Shown: positions 8,799 through 17,296 of the stretch, piece after piece | Layout of the letters: the number at the start of each line of letters is the position of its first letter | How positions within the stretch are numbered: position 1 is the first letter of the stretch | IMG/VR virus record: IMGVR_UViG_3300010299_000005 | Span: 1-52,729 of that record | Reading direction: 5' to 3' (one strand) | DNA length: 52,729 nucleotides | Source of the DNA: a virus | Taxonomy: Duplodnaviria; Caudoviricetes | Notes under the pieces: model-generated | The model's database searches: none | The model's input: only the letters and a program-made list of their open reading frames with translations | What the model was told of the DNA's origin: nothing | Position numbers and translations under genes: made by a program

Positions 8799-9371
8799 TC
8801 AACAATATTTTTCGTAAAGTTTATATATGTCTTTATTTGATTCTATATCACTCACTGTTACAATATTATCAGGCATTTCTTTTATTATCTCCTGTGCATA
8901 TATTGATCCATTTGGCCATTTTCTATGTTTTAAAGCATAATTATATGAAAAAAGGTAGGCATTTGCATTTTTTGCATATTGCTGCACACTAACGTTTAGA
9001 TTATTTGCCTCGATTGTTTTGATTGAATTTCGTTCACAGTCGCACTCTATTTTAATAGCGTCTATATAAAACTTATTAACTTTTTTTTGTGGTACTTTTG
9101 TATCATCGCCAACCCATCTTACAAAATTAGCACCATATCCATCACACTCAACCCAAAAGTCATGTCTATCTAAAAACTGACGCATGTGGTTATATTCGTG
9201 TATGAGAACTTCAAAACCTAATTTATGTTTTATAGCACATACAAGCTCTTTTTTGTTTGAGTCAAACCAGCCCGCGTATTTATCAATAGAGCGTCTTTGA
9301 AGAATTCGTAGAGTAATATTATTAGACACTGCCTCGGCCGCGACTTTACCTATAAACTCTTCATTTGTCAT
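8799..9371 (-). CDS. HExxH metallopeptidase-like protein
   Basis: LIHEYNHMRQ followed by a downstream E-x-D-C-E. Confidence 0.6.
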   Translation of the reverse strand: MTNEEFIGKVAAEAVSNNITLRILQRRSIDKYAGWFDSNKKELVCAIKHKLGFEVLIHEYNHMRQFLDRHDFWVECDGYGANFVRWVGDDTKVPQKKVNKFYIDAIKIECDCERNSIKTIEANNLNVSVQQYAKNANAYLFSYNYALKHRKWPNGSIYAQEIIKEMPDNIVTVSDIESNKDIYKLYEKYC

Positions 9372-9400
9372 ATATGAATTTATATTACATTACCGATATT

Positions 9401-10171
9401 TCAAATGTGCTTAATTTCAGATAAATCGCTTTTTAGAGCAACAGTTTTCTTCTCGTCTTTATTATATCGAGCACTCTCTAGCCATATATCGCCAAAATAA
9501 AACAAACCGTTTTTACGCTTAAGTTGTTTAACCGCGGCTTGTTCAGTGTAGCCTTTAAATTCAACCACATAATCAACTACACCATACTCATCACATACAC
9601 ACTCACATTTATGAATATTTGTACTGGTTGTGGATTGTTCTCCGTTAGATATCATATCGAGTACCCACTCTTTGCTAACTTTTGTGCCGGGGCACGTTTT
9701 GCTAGTACGCGGATCATCACGGTGAAATTTAATTGTGCTCTCTGAAGGCGTTATGTTGAGCCACTTACATAAAATACGCACTGCATCACATGCTGTCTTC
9801 CAACACTCAAGCCCCCTACCGCTTAATGGATCCTCTGTATCATAATCTCCTAGCACCTCAATTCCGATTGAGGTTGAGTTAAAAGAAACTGCGTGTATTC
9901 CTTTTTCATTAAGAGGAGTCATGCCAAAAATCTGATCGTCATCTATAAAAAGATGTGGACCAGAAGACCACCCACTTCTGCCGAGTGTTTTGTAGAAATC
10001 ACGAATATTCACAATATGCTGTATTGTGAATCCTTTTGGACGTTGAGCTAATGAAGGAGCAGCGGTGTGGTGAAGAGTGATTTTATTGCACCACGTTGGT
10101 TTTTTGAGGCCTTTTAAATAATCTTCAAATGTTGAAGCTGTCCAAACTTTGCCTACGTTTTTGAATGACAT
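9401..10171 (-). CDS. N-acetylmuramoyl-L-alanine amidase (Amidase_2) endolysin
   Basis: LHHTA, GIHAVSFNSTSIGIEVLG and FHRD...KTCPG. Confidence 0.9.
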   Translation of the reverse strand: MSFKNVGKVWTASTFEDYLKGLKKPTWCNKITLHHTAAPSLAQRPKGFTIQHIVNIRDFYKTLGRSGWSSGPHLFIDDDQIFGMTPLNEKGIHAVSFNSTSIGIEVLGDYDTEDPLSGRGLECWKTACDAVRILCKWLNITPSESTIKFHRDDPRTSKTCPGTKVSKEWVLDMISNGEQSTTSTNIHKCECVCDEYGVVDYVVEFKGYTEQAAVKQLKRKNGLFYFGDIWLESARYNKDEKKTVALKSDLSEIKHI

Positions 10172-10193
10172 GCATATATTTATGCATTATCAT

Positions 10194-10436
10194 CTATTTT
10201 GAATATATTTGACGCTCTAATTCTCGAAATCGCTTATCTGAGTGCCAGATTTCGTTTTCTGTTTGGACAATATATGCGCCTTCTTTAGTCAGTATTTTCT
10301 GCCCCTTTAGAGGGTTTAGAATAGACGGTTGATAAATGTTTAAAGAATTTTTGTTCTTCAATGAGCTCGTTTCGCAAGACGTCAGCATTATCAGCGCTAG
10401 TATTTGTACCAGCATTGCGTAACTTTTCAATTTCAT
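10194..10436 (-). CDS. lipoprotein, putative o-spanin
   Basis: Signal peptide with lipobox LTS-C; overlaps the upstream gene in another frame. Confidence 0.6.
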   Translation of the reverse strand: MKLKSYAMLVQILALIMLTSCETSSLKNKNSLNIYQPSILNPLKGQKILTKEGAYIVQTENEIWHSDKRFRELERQIYSK

Positions 10437-10560
10437 TTTTTAATTCTTTCTGTTTTTTACGCGATTTCTGCAAGACATCATAATAAATGCTTTCTTTACG
10501 CAATGCAAGATACTGCGTAATTGCATCGAGTAAGCTCTTTACTAGCAGCGCCCAAGTCAC
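10285..10560 (-). CDS. putative i-spanin
   Basis: Weakly hydrophobic N-terminus plus coiled coil; overlaps the lipoprotein gene by about 150 nt. Confidence 0.5.
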   Translation of the reverse strand: MTWALLVKSLLDAITQYLALRKESIYYDVLQKSRKKQKELKNEIEKLRNAGTNTSADNADVLRNELIEEQKFFKHLSTVYSKPSKGAENTD

Positions 10561-10757
10561 TCAGCCTTATCCTTTGCTTTACCAACATTAATAGCTAACA
10601 CTTCAATAACCTTATATACCTTGCTCCAAGTAGAGCCCGGCTTTGGAGTTGGAGTAACAGCGCATACTGCTGAAGCAACAGATATAACTGCAAAGACTAA
10701 TTGAACATAAGGATTTTCGCCAAATGTATTTGCAATATATAAAATTACGTCTTCCAT
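10557..10757 (-). CDS. putative holin
   Basis: 66 aa with a TM helix, TPTP motif and basic C-terminus; first gene of the lysis cluster. Confidence 0.55.
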   Translation of the reverse strand: MEDVILYIANTFGENPYVQLVFAVISVASAVCAVTPTPKPGSTWSKVYKVIEVLAINVGKAKDKAE

Positions 10758-10787
10758 AACATATTTATTTATGCTATGGCGTGTAAT

Positions 10788-11513
10788 TTATTGATCGGGT
10801 CCCTCAACTAACGGCTTAGGTGCGTCTGCAGCTGTATATATTGCTTTGCGCATTGAATCGAGATCTGATATAACATACTCCTTACCTCCGATTTTTATTG
10901 CAGCAATACTTGAAATCACTATTATTCTGATTTCCACACCCTTTGTAAGCCCTTGATAGTGTCCTGTTTTGTTCGCGTATTTGTACGGCGCAACAACATC
11001 ACTACTCACCTTTTCAAACTGTGTTGCTTGAGAATTAGTCGCTACCACAGTAGTCGGAGAAAATCGACGCGATACACCAATAGGCATGTATCTTAAATAT
11101 ATTTGACCATCTTTTTGTAGTAGAGCGTTACTACCTTCAATTTTGTCGTAAATGCTTCGCTTTGCAATAAAATCAGCAGGTTTTCCTTCAGCTTCACGTT
11201 GTTTGTTAACAGCATTTGGATAATTAAATCCAATCTCACCATTGACTTGAGAAACCTTAGCAAAATATGTTTTACCGTGCTTTAGTCCAGACAAAGTAAA
11301 TACAGGAAACGGTGCCTTTCTGGTATTTTCTTTTGTAACTTGTGACACACCGAAGAAATTTGTTCCTCTGTGATTTTGCTCAATATTTAATATAAGATCT
11401 ACTAAATCAGATTGTGTGATAAAGTTCTGATCTTCAGCTCTGTCTGCAATTCCAAACGGCATTTCTAAGTACAGGTTAAATATATTTGTATTGTCTAATA
11501 TGAGCGACTTCAT
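10788..11513 (-). CDS. conserved phage hypothetical protein
   Basis: Long ORF; the TAAATA box position favours ATG at 11513 (MKSLILD). Confidence 0.7.
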   Translation of the reverse strand: MKSLILDNTNIFNLYLEMPFGIADRAEDQNFITQSDLVDLILNIEQNHRGTNFFGVSQVTKENTRKAPFPVFTLSGLKHGKTYFAKVSQVNGEIGFNYPNAVNKQREAEGKPADFIAKRSIYDKIEGSNALLQKDGQIYLRYMPIGVSRRFSPTTVVATNSQATQFEKVSSDVVAPYKYANKTGHYQGLTKGVEIRIIVISSIAAIKIGGKEYVISDLDSMRKAIYTAADAPKPLVEGPDQ

Positions 11514-11616
11514 ACTCATATTTAATTAAAGAATGCAATAATAAAAGACTCGTTTTATAATTGTATCAACTATTTTTATATGTTGATTGTTTTGGAAAAA
11601 GAAGCATTTTACTCAC

Positions 11617-12540
11617 ATGGACTTAAACCACAACTCTACAGAATTGGTGCGTGCAGGAGATGTAAAAATTCCTGATATTTACTATAGGCGACTAAAAACT
11701 GGCAACGAACACGTTGACAGTATCTTTGGTGATGGAATTCTTCCAGGATGTACAATTACTGTAGATGCGACTGCTGGCACTGGAAAGAGCTCCTTGCTTT
11801 TACAGCTTTGTCAAATGCTTAGTGTAAAGGGACACAAAACTGCTTTTTTAAGTGGGGAAGAGAATATCTACATGGTAGCACTCAATGCGCGTAGGTTGGA
11901 AGCAAACGATGTTTTAATTGCAACCGAGTCCAGGCTCTCTCGACTTATTGATACAATTAAAAATAACGATCTAGTTGTTATTGACAGCTTTCCTAGTGTT
12001 GTATATGATGGAGATGACGCGGACGAAAAAAGCAAGAGCGAAAAAGAAAAAATTAAGCTAGAAACTATTGTTAGCGCAGCACAAAAGAATGAAACCGCTG
12101 TCTGTATTGTACTTCATGTTACTAAAACGGGAACGTACAAGGGAGATAGTACAATTCAACATGCTGTAGATGTCAATGTCACTATTTCGAAAAATGCGGA
12201 TGATTTTCTTGTGCGAGATATTGAAGTGGTAAAAAATAGGACAGGCTGTTGCGGCTTATATTCGTTCACATACGGAAGTAAAGGATATGATTTTTCTACT
12301 ATACGAGAAAATGTAGCGGATGATGATAAAAAAGAGAAAACATCTACAAGGTCAGAAAACCGCAATGCTCAGCTTGAAGCAATTCTCAATATTGAAGGTG
12401 ATATTACTATTACTGAAGTAATGGACAGTCTTGATATCGACGCCCAACGTGCAATGTATTTGCTGTGGTTGCTGGTAAAATCAAAGAAGCTTGAAAAGCA
12501 CGGAAGGGGTGATTCTGCTTTTTGGTTGACTATTGAGTAA
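11617..12540 (+). CDS. RadA/Sms-like RecA-family ATPase with C-terminal HTH-like region
   Basis: Walker A ATAGTGKS, SGEE, Walker B VVIDS, HVTKTG, HAVD and KNR; ATG at 11617 preferred. Confidence 0.85.
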   Translation: MDLNHNSTELVRAGDVKIPDIYYRRLKTGNEHVDSIFGDGILPGCTITVDATAGTGKSSLLLQLCQMLSVKGHKTAFLSGEENIYMVALNARRLEANDVLIATESRLSRLIDTIKNNDLVVIDSFPSVVYDGDDADEKSKSEKEKIKLETIVSAAQKNETAVCIVLHVTKTGTYKGDSTIQHAVDVNVTISKNADDFLVRDIEVVKNRTGCCGLYSFTYGSKGYDFSTIRENVADDDKKEKTSTRSENRNAQLEAILNIEGDITITEVMDSLDIDAQRAMYLLWLLVKSKKLEKHGRGDSAFWLTIE

Positions 12541-12564
12541 ATAGCAGTCAACGTAAATAGTAAC

Positions 12565-12789
12565 ATGAATAAAAGTGACTTTGAAATTGAATTAAGCAAT
12601 GGTAGTAATCTGTGCGTTTCTGTTGAAATATATGGAAGCAAACACAGATCAGCTGAAGATATTATTGAAAACGATGATTACGTAGTTGAGTACGAATTAT
12701 GTGATGTGGAAAATGAAGAAATTGGACAGGAAATAGAGGGTATCATCGAAGAAGAAATAAAAGGATGGATCGAAGATATAATAAGTTGA
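12565..12789 (+). CDS. small very acidic hypothetical protein
   Basis: Glu/Asp-rich 74 aa ORF. Confidence 0.65.
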   Translation: MNKSDFEIELSNGSNLCVSVEIYGSKHRSAEDIIENDDYVVEYELCDVENEEIGQEIEGIIEEEIKGWIEDIIS

Positions 12790-12821
12790 TAAAAGGTGGA
12801 AACTGTATTTAATTGTACTAT

Positions 12822-13385
12822 ATGAAGCGCCTTTTTATACACATAAAAGATAAAACAACTGATTTCCTTGAAGATATATATAACGATCTTCAACATACAA
12901 CTATTGTACGTACAGAGCTTCCGCCATACATAATGAACAGTCTGATCAAAACACACGATCAAGTTATTATGATGGGGCACGGATCTCCTAATGGACTATT
13001 TGGAGATGAGGGGCAATTTATTATTGGCGAACATAATGTTGATGCGCTTCAAGAGCATTCAGAGTGTGTTTATATTTGGTGTCATGCATCTGATTTTGTA
13101 AAGCGACATAAGCTCAAAGGTTTTTCAACAGGAATGTTTATTTCTGAGGTACCAGAGGCTCGTATTGTGCTAAATTCAAACAAATCAAGTACTGTGACAG
13201 AGCACAATGTCTTTGAATCAAACAAAATGTTCACCACACTTGTTAAAATATGGGCACAAGGACGCGGCGATGTTGATGAGCTTTATGATAGTGTTGTACA
13301 GGAATATACATCAAAAGACACTATTTGGTCTGAAGGGTTTAAACATGTTGTAGATTACAACGCTGAACGTATTGGCATATTTTAA
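12822..13385 (+). CDS. hypothetical protein with a caspase/CHAT-like His-Cys pattern
   Basis: VIMMGHGSP...VYIWCHAS; ATG at 12822. Confidence 0.45.
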   Translation: MKRLFIHIKDKTTDFLEDIYNDLQHTTIVRTELPPYIMNSLIKTHDQVIMMGHGSPNGLFGDEGQFIIGEHNVDALQEHSECVYIWCHASDFVKRHKLKGFSTGMFISEVPEARIVLNSNKSSTVTEHNVFESNKMFTTLVKIWAQGRGDVDELYDSVVQEYTSKDTIWSEGFKHVVDYNAERIGIF

Positions 13386-13389
13386 TTTT

Positions 13390-13569
13390 ATGGCCGGAAA
13401 AGGAGATAAATTGCGACCTGGTGCTAATCTAAAAAAGTACTGGAATAACTATGATGCAATTTTCAGAAAAGATAAGGCTGAAGATAACGCTGAGTTGACG
13501 ACCATGAGTGATTACGAAAAAGCAAAAGAGCTAAGACTAACTCAGGTCACGCTGAAAGGAAAGCCATGA
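13390..13569 (+). CDS. small hypothetical protein
   Basis: MAGKGDKLRPGANLKKYWNNYDAIF. Confidence 0.55.
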   Translation: MAGKGDKLRPGANLKKYWNNYDAIFRKDKAEDNAELTTMSDYEKAKELRLTQVTLKGKP

Positions 13570-13865
13570 CTTCACGACAGATATTCGAGAGGCGTTGCCT
13601 GCATTCAAATTGTTCTGTGACGTGGATACTGCACATCGACAAGGGTTTCAAGTTTGGTGTGTCATGGGACATAATTCGAGGGCTGTGGTGATCCTGTTTT
13701 TCTTGAGGTAGGTAATAAAGTATACATTATACGTGGTGGTCCTTGCATCCTACACCAAAAATGAAAAAAAAGCATTTAGTCGAAGCATTAAAGAAGTATG
13801 ATGAAGAAGATTGATTTTTCTAAAAATAAAAGTGGCTACTTTAAGATACTACAATATATTCGTTT

Positions 13866-15269
13866 ATGAGCAAAATTAACAAAAAGTCTTTACGCAAGGA
13901 TTCTCGTTTTGATGAGAATGTGCGCCTTGCTGGTGGTGGCGGACAAATGGCTGCAGTTCAGAGTGATGAAGCACAGCTTCGTCGTTCTGTGTTGGCGTGT
14001 CTTCTTTGGGAGAATACAGCCTACCAGTCTGGAAATGAAATTAGTGATAATATCGCTATGCTTATTCCAAAAGTAGATCCAGCTGCTTGTGCACGAATTG
14101 TTGAAGAGGCTCGCCATGAACAAAAGCTTCGTCACGTCCCTTTATTCATGATTTCTGAAATGGCTAAATACCCTAGCCACCGCAAACATGTTGAGCAATT
14201 GATTAATAGTGTCTGTACACGAGCTGACCAGCTTACCGACCTTCTTTCTATTTACTGGCGCAATGGGCGTGTGCCACTCGCAAACTCAATCAAGAGAGGA
14301 TTAGCAAGCGCTTTTACAAAGTTTGATGAATATCAACTTGCAAAATATGACAGAGATGCTCCAGTGCTTTTGCGTGATGTGATGTTTCTAACACATCCTA
14401 AACCGCAAAGCAAGGAGCAGGAAGAAATGTTTAAGCGTGTCGCTTCTAGAACGCTTACAACTCCTAAAACATGGGAGACTATGCTGTCTTCTGGTGCCGA
14501 TAAGAAGGAAACATTTACTACTCTTATCAACGAGAAGAAGCTCGGCGGCCTTGCATTTATTCGCAACATGCACGATAGTGGTGTTGGGTACAGCACTCTC
14601 AAGAAGGGTTTTGATAGTCTTTCCAGAAATGTGCTTTTACCGCTTAATTTCTACACAGCATACAAGACTAATCCTACATATGCTCGTGAAATTGAAGATG
14701 CTATGCTTAAAGCATACAGCAATCTTCCTAAGCTTCCTGGGCACACCGTGTTTGTTGTTGATGTGTCAGGCTCAATGCAGGCGCCTATTTCACAGAAGAG
14801 TCGAGTAAATAGAATGGAGGCAGCAGCAAGTCTCGCTGTACTTGCAGCAGAGACCGCTGAAAGAATCACTATTTATGCAACTGCTGGATCATGGAGCGAA
14901 CATAAAACTGCTCGTGTTGCAAATGTGCGTGGATTCGGAATGGCAGATAAAATTCTGGAAAGCAAACAACGTCTTGGTGGTGGTGGTATCTTTACTCGCC
15001 AGTGTCTTGATTATATTAAGAAAGACATGAATGGAGAAGTGCCTGACAGAATTATCGTATTTTCTGACTCACAGGACTGTGACACAAATAATAGAAAAAC
15101 ACCCGACACATTCGGCAAAAACAACTATATTGTCGATGTCAGCTCTCACACGCACGGTGTTAACTACAAAGGTGTATGGACCGCAGAAATCTCAGGATGG
15201 AGTGAAAATCTTCTCACATATATTCGCGGGTTTGAAGGTCTTGAAAATAATTTTGTAGAAAACAGTTGA
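13866..15269 (+). CDS. Ro60/Rsr-like TROVE-domain RNA-binding protein with C-terminal vWA domain
   Basis: FDEYQLAKY, LRDVMFLTHPKP and TPKTWETMLS (TROVE); VVDVSGSM, GGIFT and IIVFSDSQ (vWA MIDAS). Confidence 0.92.
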   Translation: MSKINKKSLRKDSRFDENVRLAGGGGQMAAVQSDEAQLRRSVLACLLWENTAYQSGNEISDNIAMLIPKVDPAACARIVEEARHEQKLRHVPLFMISEMAKYPSHRKHVEQLINSVCTRADQLTDLLSIYWRNGRVPLANSIKRGLASAFTKFDEYQLAKYDRDAPVLLRDVMFLTHPKPQSKEQEEMFKRVASRTLTTPKTWETMLSSGADKKETFTTLINEKKLGGLAFIRNMHDSGVGYSTLKKGFDSLSRNVLLPLNFYTAYKTNPTYAREIEDAMLKAYSNLPKLPGHTVFVVDVSGSMQAPISQKSRVNRMEAAASLAVLAAETAERITIYATAGSWSEHKTARVANVRGFGMADKILESKQRLGGGGIFTRQCLDYIKKDMNGEVPDRIIVFSDSQDCDTNNRKTPDTFGKNNYIVDVSSHTHGVNYKGVWTAEISGWSENLLTYIRGFEGLENNFVENS

Positions 15270-15293
15270 ATTAAACAAAAAAGGTGTTAAATT
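15266..15293 (+). promoter_or_regulatory. promoter for the small RNA pair
   Basis: TTGAAT-N16-TAAATT with extended TG; predicted +1 near 15300 coincides with the 5' end of RNA copy 1. Confidence 0.5.
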
Positions 15294-15298
15294 GATTT

Positions 15299-15370
15299 TA
15301 GATGGTGAAGAGAACAGTTACTTCGTACTTGAAATGCAAACAAAAAAAGCTGTTTTCGCTGATTCCTCTA
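15299..15370 (+). ncRNA. Y-RNA-like small structured RNA, copy 1
   Basis: UAGA(U)GG/CCUCUA terminal stem, GGUGAAG motif, 9-bp stem GAGAACAGU/GCUGUUUUC and UACUUCGUA loop; directly downstream of Ro60. Confidence 0.7.
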
Positions 15371-15379
15371 TAACAAATT

Positions 15380-15444
15380 TGAATGGTGAAGTTTACAGAT
15401 ACTTCGTATTGGAACAAAAATCTCTGTAGACGCTTATTCCTTCA
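15380..15444 (+). ncRNA. Y-RNA-like small structured RNA, copy 2
   Basis: UGAA(U)GG/CCUUCA terminal stem, GGUGAAG, 9-bp stem GUUUACAGA/UCUGUAGAC and UACUUCGUA; followed by a U-tract. Confidence 0.7.
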
Positions 15445-15460
15445 TCCTTTTTTTTCTAAC

Positions 15461-15763
15461 ATGAAACATACAACACTACTAACCACAATCATCAGCATTG
15501 CAGCTCTTGCAAGCTGTACTACAACTAAGCAGACCACTAACGAAGCTGTCGAGCAGGCTAAATCTAATATCGATATCGGCTATCACATGGGCCGTGTTGA
15601 TGGAGGGTATGAGGTGGGTGGTCACGCATCAACCAATATCTTCGGCCTTGAGCCATACGGTAGTTTTACTACAGGAATGAGATACAATCCAAAACCTGTA
15701 ACACCAGAGCCGATCGTAGTGACGGCGCCTGAAGTTGAGCTTGAGTCTGCCGTAGTTCAATAA
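15461..15763 (+). CDS. lipoprotein
   Basis: MKHTTLLTTIISIAALAS-C lipobox; the ORF-track extension to 15383 runs through the ncRNA. Confidence 0.75.
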   Translation: MKHTTLLTTIISIAALASCTTTKQTTNEAVEQAKSNIDIGYHMGRVDGGYEVGGHASTNIFGLEPYGSFTTGMRYNPKPVTPEPIVVTAPEVELESAVVQ

Positions 15764-15781
15764 GTAGAGTAAAAAAGAGAT

Positions 15782-15813
15782 AAAAAGAGGAGGGGCTTCT
15801 GCCCCTCTTTTTT
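15782..15813 (+). terminator. intrinsic terminator
   Basis: GAGGGGC-TTCT-GCCCCTC followed by T6. Confidence 0.85.
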
Positions 15814-15858
15814 ATATTAAAAATTTCACTTTTTAATATATTACCAATAAATAATGTT

Positions 15859-16800
15859 ATGAAAATGATCAACGATCATACGTTCTTATATACCGAGGCA
15901 AATATCTATTCCCCTACATCACTTGAAGAGCAAATTAGATCACTCGCAGAAGTGAAGATGGTCAATGATAATCGCATTATAGATTGGCTTATAAAAGCTG
16001 AAAAGCGTTTTATTCAAAACCCATCAAACGATCAAAACAATATACGTTCAGGGTATATTAAAAAGCATGAAGCTGCGCCGGGAGAGCCTGCGTGGGCACA
16101 AAATACATTTGACGCTGTTAGCATTCCAAGTGAACGTGTTGAGTTTCTTAATCATGTAATTGATTATTTTAATGCAAAAAGTGACGATCCTGGCTTTCTT
16201 GATAAATTGTATAAAAAAACATATGACCAAGTGTATAATGTTGAAATTCCAGAATGGGAAAGACAGTTAAGAGCGAATGTAGGAAAGCATAAAAAGAATC
16301 CCTTGGATGAAGGTGTTGATTACAATGTTGTGAAAAGGTGGAATAATGGATTTAAAATGGTGCACTACAAGACAAAAAAAGCATGTAAATTTGAAGGACA
16401 GGCTGTGGGGCATTGTGCAAAAAGTTATAGCCCGAATAGACTATACAGCTTATATGATGAAAAAGATATGCCACACGCTACTCTTGAAGTAAGAGATGGC
16501 AAAGATGTACATCAAATTAAAGGCAAACAAAATGCTGCTCCTGTACCAAAATATCGGCCTTTTATTGTTGATTTTATTAAGTCTGTAAAATTTAATGTAG
16601 TGAAAGAAGGTAAAAATATTGGAATGGCATATTGGAATGGCAAATTTTACTTCAGAGATACGGACGAATTTAAGAAGCTATATAGAGATGAAGTTCTACC
16701 CGCTCAGCAAAAAGCAATTAAACGAGTAATGGATAGTATTCAAACTATAAATGAAAATTTTGCTTATATCCTCAATTATTCAGAATTATTAAACGAATAA
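15859..16800 (+). CDS. PcfJ-like domain protein
   Basis: EGQAVGHCAKSY...LYSLYD...PHATLEV...QIKGKQNAAP; TAAATA box upstream. Confidence 0.75.
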   Translation: MKMINDHTFLYTEANIYSPTSLEEQIRSLAEVKMVNDNRIIDWLIKAEKRFIQNPSNDQNNIRSGYIKKHEAAPGEPAWAQNTFDAVSIPSERVEFLNHVIDYFNAKSDDPGFLDKLYKKTYDQVYNVEIPEWERQLRANVGKHKKNPLDEGVDYNVVKRWNNGFKMVHYKTKKACKFEGQAVGHCAKSYSPNRLYSLYDEKDMPHATLEVRDGKDVHQIKGKQNAAPVPKYRPFIVDFIKSVKFNVVKEGKNIGMAYWNGKFYFRDTDEFKKLYRDEVLPAQQKAIKRVMDSIQTINENFAYILNYSELLNE

Positions 16801-16843
16801 AAAGTTGATATTAAAAACTCTTCAATCATATTATTATAATAAT

Positions 16844-17296
16844 ATGATTGAAATTATCAACAAAGACATACTGACGGTTGAGAGTGGTGTCGTTGGACAC
16901 TTTTGTAACTGTGTGGGTGGTTTTGGCGGTCTTGCAGGAAAAATAAAGAAAAAGTGGCCTGCTGTTTTTGAGCAGTATAAAAACACGATCGATAGCGTCG
17001 ATTTAAGAGTGAGCTTACTTGGCACTATCGACATAACACGTGTAGATAAATCTTCGCTTTATGTATGTAACATGTATACGCAGTATGATTATGGCACAAA
17101 TGAACGAAAAACTGAATATGGATCTGTAAAGTTTGCTTTACGTGCGCTTCGTAGTTATGCATGCGGTATGCATATATATTTGCCATTTAACTGCGGGTGT
17201 GGACTCGGTGGCGGTGATTGGAATATTGTAAAAAAAATAATTGAAAAGGAATTTGATACATACAACAGCGGCACAATATATATATGCAGGGTATAA
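16844..17296 (+). CDS. macrodomain (ADP-ribose-processing, Poa1/DarG-like) protein
   Basis: HFCNCVGGFGGLA...GCGLGGGDWNIVKKII; ATG at 16844. Confidence 0.88.
   Translation: MIEIINKDILTVESGVVGHFCNCVGGFGGLAGKIKKKWPAVFEQYKNTIDSVDLRVSLLGTIDITRVDKSSLYVCNMYTQYDYGTNERKTEYGSVKFALRALRSYACGMHIYLPFNCGCGLGGGDWNIVKKIIEKEFDTYNSGTIYICRV

Noticed and set aside
15299-15444. CRISPR mini-array or tRNA genes
   Set aside because: There are only two units, the conserved blocks are interleaved with covarying stems rather than repeat-spacer, and there is no cloverleaf, T-loop GTTCRA, CCA end or cas gene.
15383-15460. N-terminal extension of the lipoprotein ORF
   Set aside because: It overlaps RNA copy 2 and its U-tract; the signal peptide starts at 15461.
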